DNA of 64,000 bases. Source: Podarcis erhardii. Lineage: Eukaryota. The translations under genes were made by a program, and so were the position numbers. Below are positions 12,779 to 27,285 of the stretch, one piece after another. The notes under the pieces are model-generated. The model made no database searches. It saw nothing but the letters and a program-made list of their open reading frames with translations, and was not told the DNA's origin. The stretch lies in NCBI GenBank assembly GCA_964252035.1, contig OZ176201.1; one strand, 5' to 3'. Each line of letters begins with the position of its first letter. The stretch's first letter is position 1.

Positions 12779-13611
12779 TAGCAGTAAAAAAAGATGGAGA
12801 TGTACATTGATGGAACTATATAATCATTGTTGTTTTGGGGGGATGTAAATCAACAGTTTAATAAAGAAAATGTGGGTGTGGTTAGAGTGAGAAGAAGGTT
12901 GGACCCAGCTTTCAGACCCTTTCATGCATGAGATCTAGTGAAACAAAGGGAGGGGTTTCTCTATTTTCTCTCCATAGGCATCTCTCAGTGTCATTTGAAT
13001 TGGATCATAGTTAGGGATGGAGGAAGAATCCACCCTACCCTTATACAATCCAGACAGATCATGCATGACCTGGATCATCTTCAGAATCCACAGTCCAGTG
13101 AATTCCATTATGAGGGGATCTGCAGGTTCTGTGCTGCCTCCAACCCCTCTCTGAACTTCCCTCCCTTTAAAATTCATGTAAACATTGGGGCAGCCATTTC
13201 CCCCCATACAGTTCTCTCTGGGAGTGACAGAATGATATCAAGTACTGTTGCTCCCAGGGAGTCTTGCTCTATGCATATTGGAAGCAAGGAGCCCCCCCAT
13301 GCTAGCTGTTTAGGCTCCGGGTGGTTGCATACACTTATTCCTGAAGCTATAAATAGAAAAATGGGTGGGCCGGGGGGAACTGGAGAGAGTATGCAACCAT
13401 CAGACTGCCTTATAAGTACTTTAATGTGTGTTTCTAGGTGCATTTTAAATAATTTTCCATTTAAAATCTGCCTGGAAAGGGGATGGGATGAATTTAGTCC
13501 CATCACCTGTGAGAACTGGGATGGACCAGACTTTAATGGGTCCATCTATACCTAAGCATAGTTGTGCCTGTTTTCCAACCATAATTCTGCAAAATGAGGA
13601 TAACATTTCAT

Positions 13612-13660
13612 GCATCTGATTAAGTGGACTCTAATCCATGAAGATTTGTGTAATAAATAA
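13612..13660 (+). mobile_element. Degenerate Penelope-like LTR fragment with a dead hammerhead core
   Basis: gcat-CTGATTA-A-gtgga-ctctaa-tccat-GAAG-atttgtg-taataaa: hammerhead layout with core mutations. Confidence 0.4.
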
Positions 13661-14295
13661 GAGAGCTAGACTCTCTCTTGCTACAATAGAATAACACAGC
13701 TTTATCTACAAGTAGCAAAAAAGATGGAATCCTCTTGGTGGGGACGAGTTATTGCTCTGTTCTGGAGGAACTTGAAATTATTTTTGGATGGGCTGAGGAT
13801 TTTCAAGAAATAGGTACTTCTGTGGTTATGCAGACAGCTTGGGACTTGGCTTCCTCAGAAGTTGCCTGCTCCCACAGTGATTTCTCAGCCCTTGAGAGGC
13901 TGTGCTTTCATATAGGCAGCTGCAAGAGAGAGAGGTGGTGGAAGCAAGATAGTGGAGTATCCTCTGTGGGAATCCACTGGATTTCTATCTGTTTTTAAAG
14001 GGCTTTTGAATATTTCTACTTACTTATTTTAATAAATGTTTCACATCAAATTGAATCGCTGTGTTCTGCAATTTTATGGTCTGCAGCTCTTAAAATAGTT
14101 TTTATTCATTTGTTTAGTGCTGATATTTTAGTGCTGCATACAATTGTTAATTTAGCTTGATTTTATATTTGGTGTTGTATGTCCTTTTTTTTTGCAAGCT
14201 GATTTGGAGTTTTCTTTAAGCCACTTCGGTTGGCTGGATATACATTATAATAAGTTATCTAGCAAACCCTTACCAGAACCCTGTGTTCTTTCTAG

Positions 14296-14505
<210 letters not shown>

Positions 14506-15178
14506 TGACACCATTCCCATTCTAACATTTTCTAAGAACTTTTATGTCTCTTCTCTAGAGTTATAGACTCAAAACCCAAATAAGGTTGGAGCCTGCAGGT
14601 TGCATTTCTCATGTTGCGTTTCCTGCTACATCAGTGAATGAATTCTAATGAATTCTAATGCTGTAGTTCCTGGTTTATATTTTGCTGTGTACTTGTTAGT
14701 ATTGTTTGTTATGCTGATTTTATATCTCACCATTAAGTAAATATAATCAAGAATAATAATACAAATAACCCAGATCCATAGTGAAATCACAGCATAGCTC
14801 AGTTATTATCTTACTAATAACACAGCCAAATCTTAAACTGGTGTACTGTACATCAGTGTCAGTCAAGTTAATGAAATAACTGTGGTTTATACAGATCAGA
14901 CCTATTAAGAGCTATTGTGTTGGAGCGAAGTGAATCAGCTCCACTTAAGCACCCTGAAATGAGGCTGTTATACCACCTAAAGTGTGATCTTTAACTATCT
15001 GGATTAACTTTTGTGTGATAACATGAATAAAAGGTTCAGACACACCTTATATTCACACAGAGACTGAAGCTCCAATCACTGGCAAAGCAACCATTTGCAC
15101 CATAACATATCCTTGCTAAATTGCCCACTTCATTGTTGTAGCATGTCCCTGAATGTTTCTCTTGATCTCCTTCATCAG

Positions 15179-15316
15179 GGGAGAGTACTTAGTCTATGAG
15201 AAGGATGACGTGAAGGCTGAGAAACGAGAATGGAAGAAATATGAGTTCCATTATGACAACGTGTTGTGGGCGCTCCTTACTCTTTTCACTGTATCTACAG
15301 GAGAAGGCTGGCCAGA
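15179..15316 (+). CDS. CACNA1A: CACNA1A exon 27 (III pore loop, ...TVSTGEGWP, selectivity-filter Glu)
   Basis: catcag|G...CCAGA|gtaagt; 138 nt. Confidence 0.98.
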
Positions 15317-17233
15317 GTAAGTGATTCAGGAAAATGAGTGTCTGTTACTATGCTAGGCTGCTGGGTATCTGGTTGGCCTCTGCTAGAAACTAGATTGGTC
15401 CCTAGACAGAACTAGTCTAGCCTTTTTGGATTAGCTTCATCACTAAGACACTTTTGTCACATAGAAGTCCAGGCTTATCAGCCATAGTTTGCCCTTGCCA
15501 TATATATAAAAAAAAAAGCCACTAAATGAGGCAAAATGTAATTAAGATTGGGGCTTGTGATTCATGAACTTTACCTTCTGGGAACCCAAGGTCCATTGTG
15601 GGCATGCACATAGGTATTTGTTTACCTGTGCATATGTCCCATTTTTATTTTAAAAAATGTTTTGTCTGTGGAATAGTGCAAGAGCGGTTGTACACAAAAC
15701 AGCTGTTTTAGAAAATTAAACTAAAGTGGACGTGCCTCCAGCTAGATTGTGCTCAGACAACAAGCAAATGGGAAGAGGGGATGTGGAAATAAATAGCACT
15801 GAGAAAAATAGCTTTACCCATGTTAAAACAACAACAAACCAGCCACACAATGCACTTCAGTGGGTTGCATGCTATTTTATGCCAGATTTCCCACCTCCAT
15901 TACTACATTATCAATAGAGTGGGAAATGCAAATTAAATGGGGGGGCTGCCATTGGGATGATGATGTGTAGATAACATGAAAACCTTAAAAACATACGTTG
16001 CATCAAATTCACTGTAAAATGCCCTATACATAACCCCTTTGCCAGAGAAACAATTTCTCTTGTGACCTATAACTGTGATCAGCTTACCGTAGACCTCCAG
16101 TGCCAACACCCCACATTAATATAGCTGTGCCATTGGTATGAGATTTAGAGGCAGATGTCCAGGGCTCAGTTCAGAAGAATGAGTAGAAGGGCCCCCAGAT
16201 ATTTTAAACCACATTTTAAAATCAGAGAAATAATACACGTTACCATCTAAAAGCCTTGCCCCTCCATAAGGTAACATCTAGAGTTTAAAATCACCTATAT
16301 CCAGCATTGTGCAAATAGCAGGGGTTGCTTCTAGTGCCCTAGAAGAATTGTTACAAAGACAGGTCTTTCTTTAAAATGGAAAGAATCAGCAATCCCTAAG
16401 ATTAAAAACTGGCTATTAACAAACTGGAGAACTTACTGCATATAACACTAATGTCTCACAGCAAATGTAACTGATCTGTAGAATACAGAACCTGAAAAAA
16501 GAGATAATGAATGTACTTTTGTAAACTAAGAAAATATTTAATAAAATTTGTTTTTTAAAAATAATCTGGGGAACTGCTGTGATGGATGGTAGGGGTAATA
16601 CAGTATGTTAAGATGAGAGAGCCCAAAGCATACATATACCAGCTATTTTCAAACAAAATGGAGTTCATGAATTTCTGAGAGATACATGCACAGACAAATG
16701 GTTTTGAAATTGCAGAAGAATGTTTGGAATGTAATGTTTTATGTTTCAGACTAATCTCTGGTTCTGGAAAGTCTAACGTTTTGTTTTGTTGACTTACAGA
16801 TTTGTAAATATAATTTTTGTTAATTAAAAAAACAGAACTGTTAGAAGGTGTCTCCATTTCAAAAGTACCAGTGCTTGCATTGACAACCACATGGGAAAGA
16901 GAACCAGAACAAATGACTGCATCTTCCTCTTCCTCTATGCACCCAAGAGGAAGAGGTAAGTGCTGCCTTCCCATCCATCTCTTTCCCACTTGCTATGAAT
17001 TTTGCCAGCTGCCATCTCAGACCTTGAGCTTAGTAAGATTCATCTCACTGTGTGATGAGAATCTCAAAAGCTACAAAAGACTTTACAGACACTTTGATGT
17101 GATTACAGCTGATTTGGGATTTTAAATAGTCCATGTCAGAAAAACCTTCATGGAGCAGACTATCTCAAATCTTCTTAAATTTTGAGTATTAGGAACCTAT
17201 CTCAGAAATCATAGGGTTTTACTACTATTTTAG

Positions 17234-17592
<359 letters not shown>

Positions 17593-18484
17593 AACCCAGC
17601 CAGCTTCCTGAAGTTTCTATTCCATTCCTTTATGATAGTTTCAAAACTTTGATTTGTTAAAAGATGGTGGGGTGGGGGCAGTGGATAACTGAATCTGTGT
17701 TTACTAGCAGTGAAAGTTAAATGACAAAAAGTCAACAGATTTCAAAAACAGATATGTTATAGAATACCCAAGAAGCTCATTCCCATTTTGAACTGCATCC
17801 ATCTCCTCCTCTTGAGAAATTCTAAGAAGTTAACAATAACATCAAAATCCTTTAAAGAATACCCAACACAGAGATTTAAAAGCAACGCCACCACACACAT
17901 ACAAAAGTACACATAAGGGACAATGCACCATGTACTAGAAGTCTTTAGAGTTTTATTGATGTATCCTCTACTTCTGCCATCTATAAGGTTGGAGGAAACT
18001 GGAATTTGTGATAGTTTAAGGTTCAGTTGATATCATTTGTTTTTTTCCTCCACTCCTTGCAACATGAACAAGATTCTGCTCCTAGTTTTGTGGTGCACAA
18101 TCCTTTTTTCCCCCTTCTTCTACAAATAGTAATAGCCCACCTCAAGCAGCTGCCCTGGGGGGAATATTGATGTCCTCTGAAAGCAGGAGTGCCTAATCTT
18201 CAGCCTGATTCAGTCACAATTTTCCATGACTGAGCATAATATTCCACATACCCCACCCAAAAAAACCCCAGAAACCTATGACGGATGCTCCACCATGCAA
18301 TGGTAGAAGTGAAGTGAAGTTGGGAGGGATTCTTTTATTTTTAAAGTAAGGCAAGATAATTATTCCTCTGAGGATCCTGTAGAAAGCAGACCTCACTGAA
18401 CTGGTTGGGTGAACTGAATAGTATTTAGCTCATTGAGGTTAGGATTTCCAAGTCATGCTGCTGGGATGGGAATAAAGCAGCCTT

Positions 18485-18546
18485 CACCAGCCTAGCCCAG
18501 TCTAGATGTTTTGGATTGCAACTCCCATCAGCCCCAGCCAGCATGG
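18485..18546. mobile_element. Half copy of the short hAT-like MITE family
   Basis: tctagatgttttggattgcaactcccatcagccccagccagcatgg. Confidence 0.55.
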
Positions 18547-19002
18547 GAAGGACCAAGTTGATGACAGCTGGACTGAAGACTTCATAGGTGATAATTAGTT
18601 GTGCTTCATTTATTTTAGTGAAATAACCTTAGGGCCATTCACCACATTGCTTTTTGAAGGCATGTGTACATAGACTCATGTCTTAGACCAACTTCATGTA
18701 GGAAAGCAGACATTCATCTACTTCCTAGGTAAGACTTGGGTTTAGAAGCACTTATTGGGTATTTGCATCTTCCTTGACATATAGATGCATGTTTCAACCT
18801 TGCAACATTATGTTTTCTGGCATCTTAAGATACCAATGTGCACAACCTTGCCTTCAAAATTAATGTCATATACAGCAGGCATTTTGCTACTGGTGCTAAA
18901 GTAAGGCCACATTAAATGTCTTGAGTCAGTACAAGGAAGGATTAGAGGGAAGAGCAAACATTTTGGTCAAAGCAGACTCTAAAGTGATCCAGTCAGAAGG
19001 AA

Positions 19003-19195
19003 AGAATATAACACCATAGGAATCTGCCTTATGCCAAGTCAGACTATTGATCCTTGTAGCTCAGTACTTTTCATGCTGATTTGCAGCTGCATTCCAGGGT
19101 TTCAGGCAAGAATCTTTCCTAGCTCTGCCTGGAGAAACCAAGGATTGGGCCTGGGACCTTTAGCATTCAAAGCATGCACTCTGTCCCTGATTTAT
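19003..19195 (-). mobile_element. Squam2-like tRNA-SINE (antisense), diverged
   Basis: ataggaatctgccttatgccaagtcagactattg...ggattgggcctgggacctt...caaagcatgcactct, typical of the reverse complement of this SINE. Confidence 0.6.
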
Positions 19196-19248
19196 GTACA
19201 TTTCCTATGAATCCAAGCTTGTTTTTTCTCCTTGGCATCTTCTCTTGA

Positions 19249-19509
<261 letters not shown>

Positions 19510-19837
19510 TGACTAACGTGGGGGTATGATGCTGAGCTACGTAGGTCTGAGTACCATCGTAGTGGACATTGTCCAAACCCATTGTTATTCAGAGTCATTT
19601 GTGCTCCTATTGAGCTGACCTCATTTGTCTGTAATTACCCCTGTTGAATAGCTGTGACACTGAAGTAGCAACTAAACTAGATTTTTATAGTATTAACTGG
19701 GGGGGTGTCTCGCTTTTACCCTGGCCTAGTGCAGCATTGTTTCAGCTCCCCCAGTTTCCCTATCCTAACCCTACCTCCATCTTCATGACTGTGCTTTCTC
19801 TCTTTCTATTTCTCTCTCTATCCCACCCCCTCAATAG

Positions 19838-19948
19838 TTCTACAATGCCACACCTGTATATGATCATCTGCTAAGGATGTTCAACATTGTCTTCACTTCC
19901 CTGTTCTCATTGGAGTGCATTCTGAAAATCATCGCCTTTGGATTGTTG
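19838..19948 (+). CDS. CACNA1A: CACNA1A exon 30 (IVS2: [37 protein letters not shown])
   Basis: aatag|TTC...TTG|gtaagt; 111 nt. Confidence 0.97.
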
Positions 19949-21019
19949 GTAAGTGTCACTCTTGCTAAACTTCATGAGAAATAATCATGAAGGCCTCCAC
20001 TACAGAGTGGGAGGAATATGACCCCCTTCCTCATGAAACAGGAAGGCGTATATTGCACCTTGGTTAGTTGTTGTTTTTAAAGAAAATTTTAATTTATTTG
20101 ATAATAATAATAATTTATTATTTATACCCTGCCCATCTGTCCCTCTACATGACTTAACAGAGCTCACAGGGCCCTCAGAGATCACACTGCTTATGGAAGC
20201 ATGGGAAGTAACAACATCTCACTCCTCCAGAGACAAACTGTACGTCTGCTGGAGGCCATGGATATAAACGGACTCATTTACAAAGGAGTCTGAAAAAAAT
20301 CACCAAATTTAGACTTTAGCTTCTCTTGCAACAGGGCTGCTCATGCCAGGACTCTTGGCTTCCTGTACAGGAAGCTATTTATTCACATTCAACTCTAGTT
20401 AAACTCTGACTTTTGCTACGCCCATGATTTAGAGAAGAGTATTTTTGGGCAGTGTCCAGGCTTGAATGTCGTAGTCAGAGAAAGAAAGAGGGGGCCTCCT
20501 AGGAGAGTGAGAAAGCAATAAATCTATACAAAGGTCAGTTAGTTGTTAGCTTCTTCTGCAACATGAATGTTCCATTCCAAGGGGTCCATCTCACCTCTCA
20601 TTTGAAAACTTTAATGCTCAGCAGCCAAACTTCAGAGCAGAAACTAAGTTGGTCTCTAGAAACACCATAGGTTCATGTGAATAATAAGTTTTCTTGTTAC
20701 ATGCAATATTGTGATAATAGCAGCTTTAGGAAATCTGATCACTGAAGGTTTTCTTCTAACATAGAGGCCAGCACCTGACAACACTTGGGCCAAATGCAAT
20801 CCCCTAAGCCATGTCATCTCTCTGTCTGCATCTCTGGTTGCTAAAACCAGAGGAAACACAAGGGTTTAAATGACCAGTGTCTATAGCAATGGAATGGTAG
20901 CAGATAGCAATGGGTAGCAGAACATTTTGAGGTGTTGGGCTTAGGGTCCATGGATAGCTGCCACTCCCAACTTCTCTACTCATCTTAAAGTGACCCTCCA
21001 AAAATAATAATCTTAATTT

Positions 21020-21115
21020 TAATTTAATTCTATTATAGATTCACCCACCCTTCACCACAAGGTCCCAGGGCAAGTTACAACAATATAAAAATACAATATT
21101 AAAACAATTTAGACC
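21020..21115 (-). mobile_element. L2-type 3' tail (antisense)
   Basis: atttaattctattatag...cccacccttcaccacaaggtcccagggcaagttacaac is the reverse complement of the tail seen at 42240-42318. Confidence 0.45.
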
Positions 21116-21881
21116 AAATTGCTGGCAAGGACTCTTTCAAGAACTTACTCATTCCTGACCCTGAACCACACTATTTGATATTCACTGTGATTGATGAGCT
21201 GAATTAATTTGCTTAGTAATAGCTCTGCCATTACTTAGTTAGGCTTTGGAGACAACTGGCATTCTCTCCTTAGAGAAGCCGAGCTGAAAAATGGAATAGT
21301 CCCCAGGTGTAGTCTTATTATTAGGCTTGTGTGTGTTGTATTTACTTTTATAGATGTTCTTGTGATTGTCCATGCAAATAACTGAGGAAGGGGAAAGATG
21401 TACAACTGCTTGCTCCTTGCTTGAGAGTGTCACAGCCCTTGGTCTCACTGGGCAGTTGCAATGCCTTAAGCGTTCACAGGGAGCAAATTGAAAGAAAACA
21501 ACCCTTCCCTCTCATCCTACTCTCACTCACTGAGGTCTGTTTCTGGCCAGTGGAAACAAATCCCATCGGCCTCTGAAAATTTGAGCTCAGCTGTTTTCAC
21601 TGACATAAGGTGACAAGACCTGCCACTTTATCCCCATTTCAGGAGGCAAAATGCATAAAGAAAAGCCCCCTAGCTAGTTTAGTTTTGCAATCCCCATCAC
21701 AAGAGCTGGAATGCACCCAAAAGGTAATCAGGACCTGAGTGGGGCAGGAGGGTGGGGGAATAGAAAAGGTGGATATTTCTCTGTTCTCGTTGCTGTTGCT
21801 TCCGTCGTGATTGAATGTTGTCACCTGTTTGCTGCTGTGTGGCTGTTCCTTTTCGTCCTTTGTTTTGTTCTTTCTTTATAG

Positions 21882-21977
<96 letters not shown>

Positions 21978-22705
21978 TGATGGTGGGGATGGCATTCTGG
22001 GGGTGGGAGGCATTCTGCAGGGAGTGGGAAGCAAGAACTGAAACATGAGGTTTTTATCCCATTGAACTGCATCCTTAACTAGGATAGGGGCTGGAGAATC
22101 CAGAGAATGGCAGTAAACATTATTTATTGGCTGCCAATGAACATAGTGCAGTGTTCCCTTTCTTCTTCAAGAACAGATTCTCAAAAGTGCATAACAGCCG
22201 CTCCCACATTTTCAATAACTCTTCAGTAAAATATGTATATTTGTGACAATCCTTGCTGTTGCTCAGCAAAAGGTGTAGGCTTCTTCTAAGGCCTTGACAC
22301 TGGTATTTATTGGGAATTTATTGGGAATTTCTCAAATTAGATAGTTACAGACTTAAAGATGCCAAAGTCACTCCATCGTATTGTTTACACCAGCATTAAC
22401 CCATAATCTTTGTAATAAGTTATAAATGCTGTATCCTTTCATTATGGCATTTGCCATCACCTGAAACAATAGAGTACGAAGGGCCACTTTGCACTTTACA
22501 GTGTGGATGCACAAATTAAAAGAATTAGTAACTAATACTATCGTTTCCAAACCAGTGGGCCAGAGCATTCTAGTGTGCCAAAAGAGAATCATTGATATGC
22601 TTCCAGAAATGAAATGATTCAGTTTCTTACTGTGAGCCCAAAGTTCCTGCCCACAACAGAGGAGGCTACCCACTTCAGCCCTCCATCCTTCATTACTCAG
22701 GTGTT

Positions 22706-22890
22706 CATAGAATCATAGATTTGGAAGGGATCCCAAGGGTTATCTAGTTCAACACCCTGCAATACAGAAATCTCATCTAGAGCGTCCATGATAGATGTCC
22801 ATCCAGCCTCTGCTTAAAAACCTCCAGGGAGGGAGAGTCCACAACCTCCCAAAGATGATCGTTCCACTGTCAAACAGCACTGTCAAACAG
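22706..22890 (-). mobile_element. CR1 LINE 3' end (antisense)
   Basis: catagaatcatag is the reverse complement of the (attctatg)n CR1 tail, followed by ttggaagggatcccaagggttatctagttcaac. Confidence 0.8.
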
Positions 22891-23436
22891 TGTTGCTTCT
22901 TTCCAAGCAGCTTCTGTTAAGAATCTATAATTCTACCACATCTCTCCATCTGGTGTGATTGGATTATTCAAGCACTCCTCAGTGCAGAGATGCAGCAGAA
23001 ACACATGTCCTTGGTGGAAGCTGCATGTTACATCTCTGCACTTGTTACTGTTCTGGGAAGCTGTTCTCCTTCTAGTCAGGAAGCCTGGCCAAAACAGTGA
23101 CTCTCAGAGAACACAACAGGGTGGGTTCCTTGGCAGGCAGGCAGGAAGGCAGGCAGGCAGTTTTTACTCTTACACATAATAAAATTCAACATATGGGGGG
23201 GGGTGTATGAGTCAGTGTACTTCCCATTTTAACTCAGAAACGTGTATCTCCCTTTTAAAACATTTAGAAATACTGATATACTCACTTCTATTCCATAGCA
23301 TGTTAGGTCATGTCTACACATGTTTGTATATCATAGACATATGTGTCAGGGGAAGGAGAGGGTAACCATGATCATCTGCAAAATGTTGGATTTCCTCAGT
23401 GTAACTGCAGTCGAAAGTAAAAGGCATTTTATCAGA

Positions 23437-23490
23437 CTAATACACCGTATTATACACCATATTATACACCGACTAATACACTAGGTACAC
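23437..23490. repeat. Short degenerate 12-bp tandem repeat (gactaatacacc / gtattatacacc)
   Basis: About four imperfect units seen directly. Confidence 0.6.
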
Positions 23491-24269
23491 CGTAAATCTT
23501 TAATGTGTACCTCCTTTTGCTGTAATGTGTGGAGTGGCCCCAAGTGGGATATACATGGTCAAATCTAAAGCCACTTTACAGAGGTTTTTTATAGAGGCAA
23601 CAACGAGGGTGAATCTTAATCCAAATAGATGCCATCACACAACAGAGCTTGTCCTCATGACTTCCAAAGAAGATTGTGTAAGGGCTGGCAGACTGTGCTT
23701 GGCATGGCAGCAGCTGGGGTGCCCAACTCCCTGCAGAAATCCTCTGAATTAGTTTTTCTCATGCACATCCCTCTATAACAGAGTTCAAGTTGCAGAAGGG
23801 GCTTGCAATCAGCATTCCCTCATTTTTTCCTCTCACCCTTATCCAGCCTTCAGAATGTAACAGGTGGCTGGGAGAGGGACATACTAGGCATGCCTTGGGG
23901 CTAAACTGTGCATGACTTGGAAGCCCCATGACCAGATCTCCCAATATCTTCTTTCTTTTTTCTTCAAAGCTGCATCTGAGAGTGGGGAGGGTTTCTAATT
24001 TGAGATGGGGGGGATTCCTATTTTACCTTTATGTAGTTATCAAAATGTATGTATTATTCACTTGGCAGAAAATCACTAAGCAGCTTACCAAAAAAATCAT
24101 TTTAAAAAGTCAATAAAAGCAAACAAGTTGACTTTTTTATCAAAATATAGATAAAATCAACCATTTTAATAAAATTACATGCGAAAGCTGCATGTTAAAA
24201 TTACAGGCTATTAGCAGGCAGAGAAAAATATACAACAAAGGTGCCTGCCTAATGTTCATGGGAAGAAAG

Positions 24270-24637
24270 TTGTTTATTTATTGCATTTCTATCCCACCTT
24301 TTTCTCCAAGGAGCTCAAATTGGCATACATGATTTTTCCCTTCCTCATTTAATGCCCTTCAACAATCCTGTGAGGTAGATTAGGTTAAGAGGCAGCAACT
24401 GACCCAGGGTCACCCAGTGAGATTCATGGGTAAGTGAAGATTTGAACCCTGTTCTCCCAGGTCCTGGTCCAACACTGACCCAGCCTTTCTTAACCTTGGG
24501 TTCCCAGATGTTCTTAAATTACAACTCCCACCATCCCTGACCATGCTGGCTAGGAATGATGGAAGTTGTAGCCCAACAACACCTGGGAACCCAAGGTTGA
24601 GAAAGGCTGCTCCAATCACTTCACTACACTGGCTCCC
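24270..24637 (-). mobile_element. Squam3-like SINE (antisense), interrupted by a MITE
   Basis: ttgtttatttattgcatttctatcccacc...gatttgaaccctg...ccaacactgacc | MITE | ...cactacactggctc (head resumes after the MITE). Confidence 0.7.
24481..24609. mobile_element. Short MITE with about 32-bp TIRs, nested in the SINE
   Basis: cagcctttcttaaccttgggttcccagatgtt ... aacacctgggaacccaaggttgagaaaggctg. Confidence 0.8.
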
Positions 24638-27285
24638 AGTGCTGCCATACTGAAGGATCAATTCCATGTGAGTCCTTCCTACCACCGTGAAGTTTCCCCA
24701 TTCAAACAAAGGTCTCTCCCTCTAAGCTACTGGGAAAAGTCCATATTGTACTTGTATTTTTGCCTCAGCTGGGCTAAAACCAACTGAGAGGTAATTTCAC
24801 TCAAGGAAACAGCATAGAGAGAATTTATCTCCTTCAATGTTGCTCCCTTATGCTGTTTCCCTAGTCAAAATAACAGTCCCTTTAAGTAGCTTTGAAGAAA
24901 AGTAAAAGAGCTTAGGGAGATTTGATCACGGATCTCCCATGTCATAAGTAGCTTAGCCCACAGTGAGATGTGGAGCAGGGGAAGATATCTGAATGAACAT
25001 CCTGAAATGATACAGAGCCATGACAAATTCAGGGAATTGGCAGAACAACCCACCCATTCAAAGGCTAATGTGCTTCCAGCAGGAATAGACCAGGGAAACT
25101 GAGGCATTAACCTTGGAAAGGCTTCCATAAGTTTTATGGCACAACCAGGCATGGAGAGACTTGTTTCCAATTGCCTACAATAACTGCAAAATCCTTCTGT
25201 CAGTTTTGTCCAGAACGCTTTGATGGTGATAATTTTCTTTACCCTTGGTCTTGGGAAGTACACAGCACAGCAAACTCTTTCTTACTAAAATTATTCTGTC
25301 ATGGCCTTTGGCTAGAACATGAAACATGTGAACTACTAAAATTATCAGGAAAGGTCTTTCCCAGAGAATATGCATGCATGGCAAACTATTCCAAAATGCC
25401 CATGTGTGTGCACTGTATGTGTACCAAGGGAGCATATGTATTACTTATGCACATTTCCTCACAGGTGATGAGGGTGTTTAAAGAACACCCATTCTTCTAG
25501 ATTTCTCAATATGGCATAGTGATTCATTTCTGTTTGACCTAAAGGGTTATTTAAATTTACTTTGACAAAGGAATGGCACTACACTGAACAGTTTAGCTAT
25601 GTACTGAGAACACTTCAAATGAGGATTGCAAAAGCTAGTGCTGGCCTTCAAAGTGTCTTGTCAAAGCAAAATGTTGCAATGTGGAGTGTTGTTGCTCAGG
25701 ACACTAACCACTTGGTTCCATCGCAGCCTCGGTTCCTACCCTCCAATAGTCTGTTAATGTTCTGTGGCCACTAAATATGCTCAGGAACCCCCCAGACTGC
25801 TGTGGGTGGGGGGTTTCCATATGTGTTCTGCAACACGTCATTGATGCTTTAATAGTGCATTAGTGGTGGATTTATATTGTACCAGCCGCACATCTTCTGT
25901 TTTTTTAAGTTATTCTACGATTCTTTCCCAGTGTTTTCTGGAGGGGCACTCTTGCACTATAACACAACAAAAATGGGACCAACACCCTACCCCCTGAACA
26001 GCTGGTATAAAAAGTTACAGGATTTTGGCAAGACACTATAGGACATGGATAGACTGGAAACGAAGCAATATGTCTGCCCCAAATTTTTTGTAAGCGTGAA
26101 CAGTATCAAAAGCAGAGTAGCTGCCCCAGCATAGTCATGAGCACAAATCATAAATGCACAATAAAAAGGCATCTAGAGGTGCAGGAAATCTCCCCCCACC
26201 ATCCAAGAGCAGAACGTCAGTTAGGAGATAAAATCTGAGACCTTCCAGAGACAATGCAAAACTTCCAGTATAAATAGGTATGAACTCCTCATTGTGCTCC
26301 ACATTCTGAATGGATCTCTTTCTTTAGCGCAAGTTGTACAACCACCAATACCATTTTGGGTTATTATGCCTTTTTTCAGTCTTTTATCTTGGGGCCAAAC
26401 TAGACCTGATGTAGGAGATTCATGATCAGGATCTTCCATGGTTTAGGCTTCTGTTTTGTTTTTTTTCTAATTAGACTAGCAGTCCCATATGGGAAAGGCC
26501 TGTATGGGAAGTGGGTTTCCCAATCTAAATTCCCACCATCCAAAGGAGATTTAAAATGAACCCATACGTTCTGCTTAGAACACAGTAGGTATTTCAACCC
26601 TGTGGTTGCTAGGTCATCTCTTTTACTACAGCTGTGGTGTACATTTGTTCTGCCACTTATTTGTATATGGGTGATCTTTTCCAAGTAGTTAGGCTTCCAC
26701 ACATTTCCAGTATGCTTGGATGGCCATTTGTATGGCTGCTCTAAGAGCAAGTGAAAGTTACCTACAAGTAGCTTGAATTACAAGGGGCCTTCCTGTAATT
26801 GTACTGTTTGCTTTGAATGCCCAAACTCTTTGAACATTGCAACTTTGTATTATGCAACTTTGTTCATATAGCATTTCTTTGAGTACTTACCACACTGAAA
26901 GATGGGGAAATTAGGTCACTCCAACAAGTTTCACATTTTAGAAGGTGGTAGTCTAAGGACACATAGTGCTCAGACTCAGAGAAGTGACCTCACAGATGGG
27001 TTTTGAAGAACTGTGTTGGTAAGTAACTTTCATTAATAGCACTGACTCATGGAAGTCCCTGTTCCAATATGTGCCTCAGTTTCCCTCTCTCACTTACCTC
27101 CCAGAATAATATGGATGGGTCAACAAAAGTTTTGTTTATGCTGGAAGCCTGTAGGTAAAGCCAAACGTGTAGATATTTTGGTTAGGAAGATCAGAATGCT
27201 AAAGTCATGGATTCCCTAAATTCCAGAAAGACAGATGAAAGGGGTGAGTGTGGGAGAAGGGTGGGCTAGGGGTCTCCTTCCCCAG

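Noticed and set aside
12938-13555. Longest ORF in the track (205 aa, +) and the overlapping minus-strand ORFs
   Set aside because: It is intronic (between exons 25 and 26), has no recognisable domain and no matching splice phase, and is consistent with a chance ORF.
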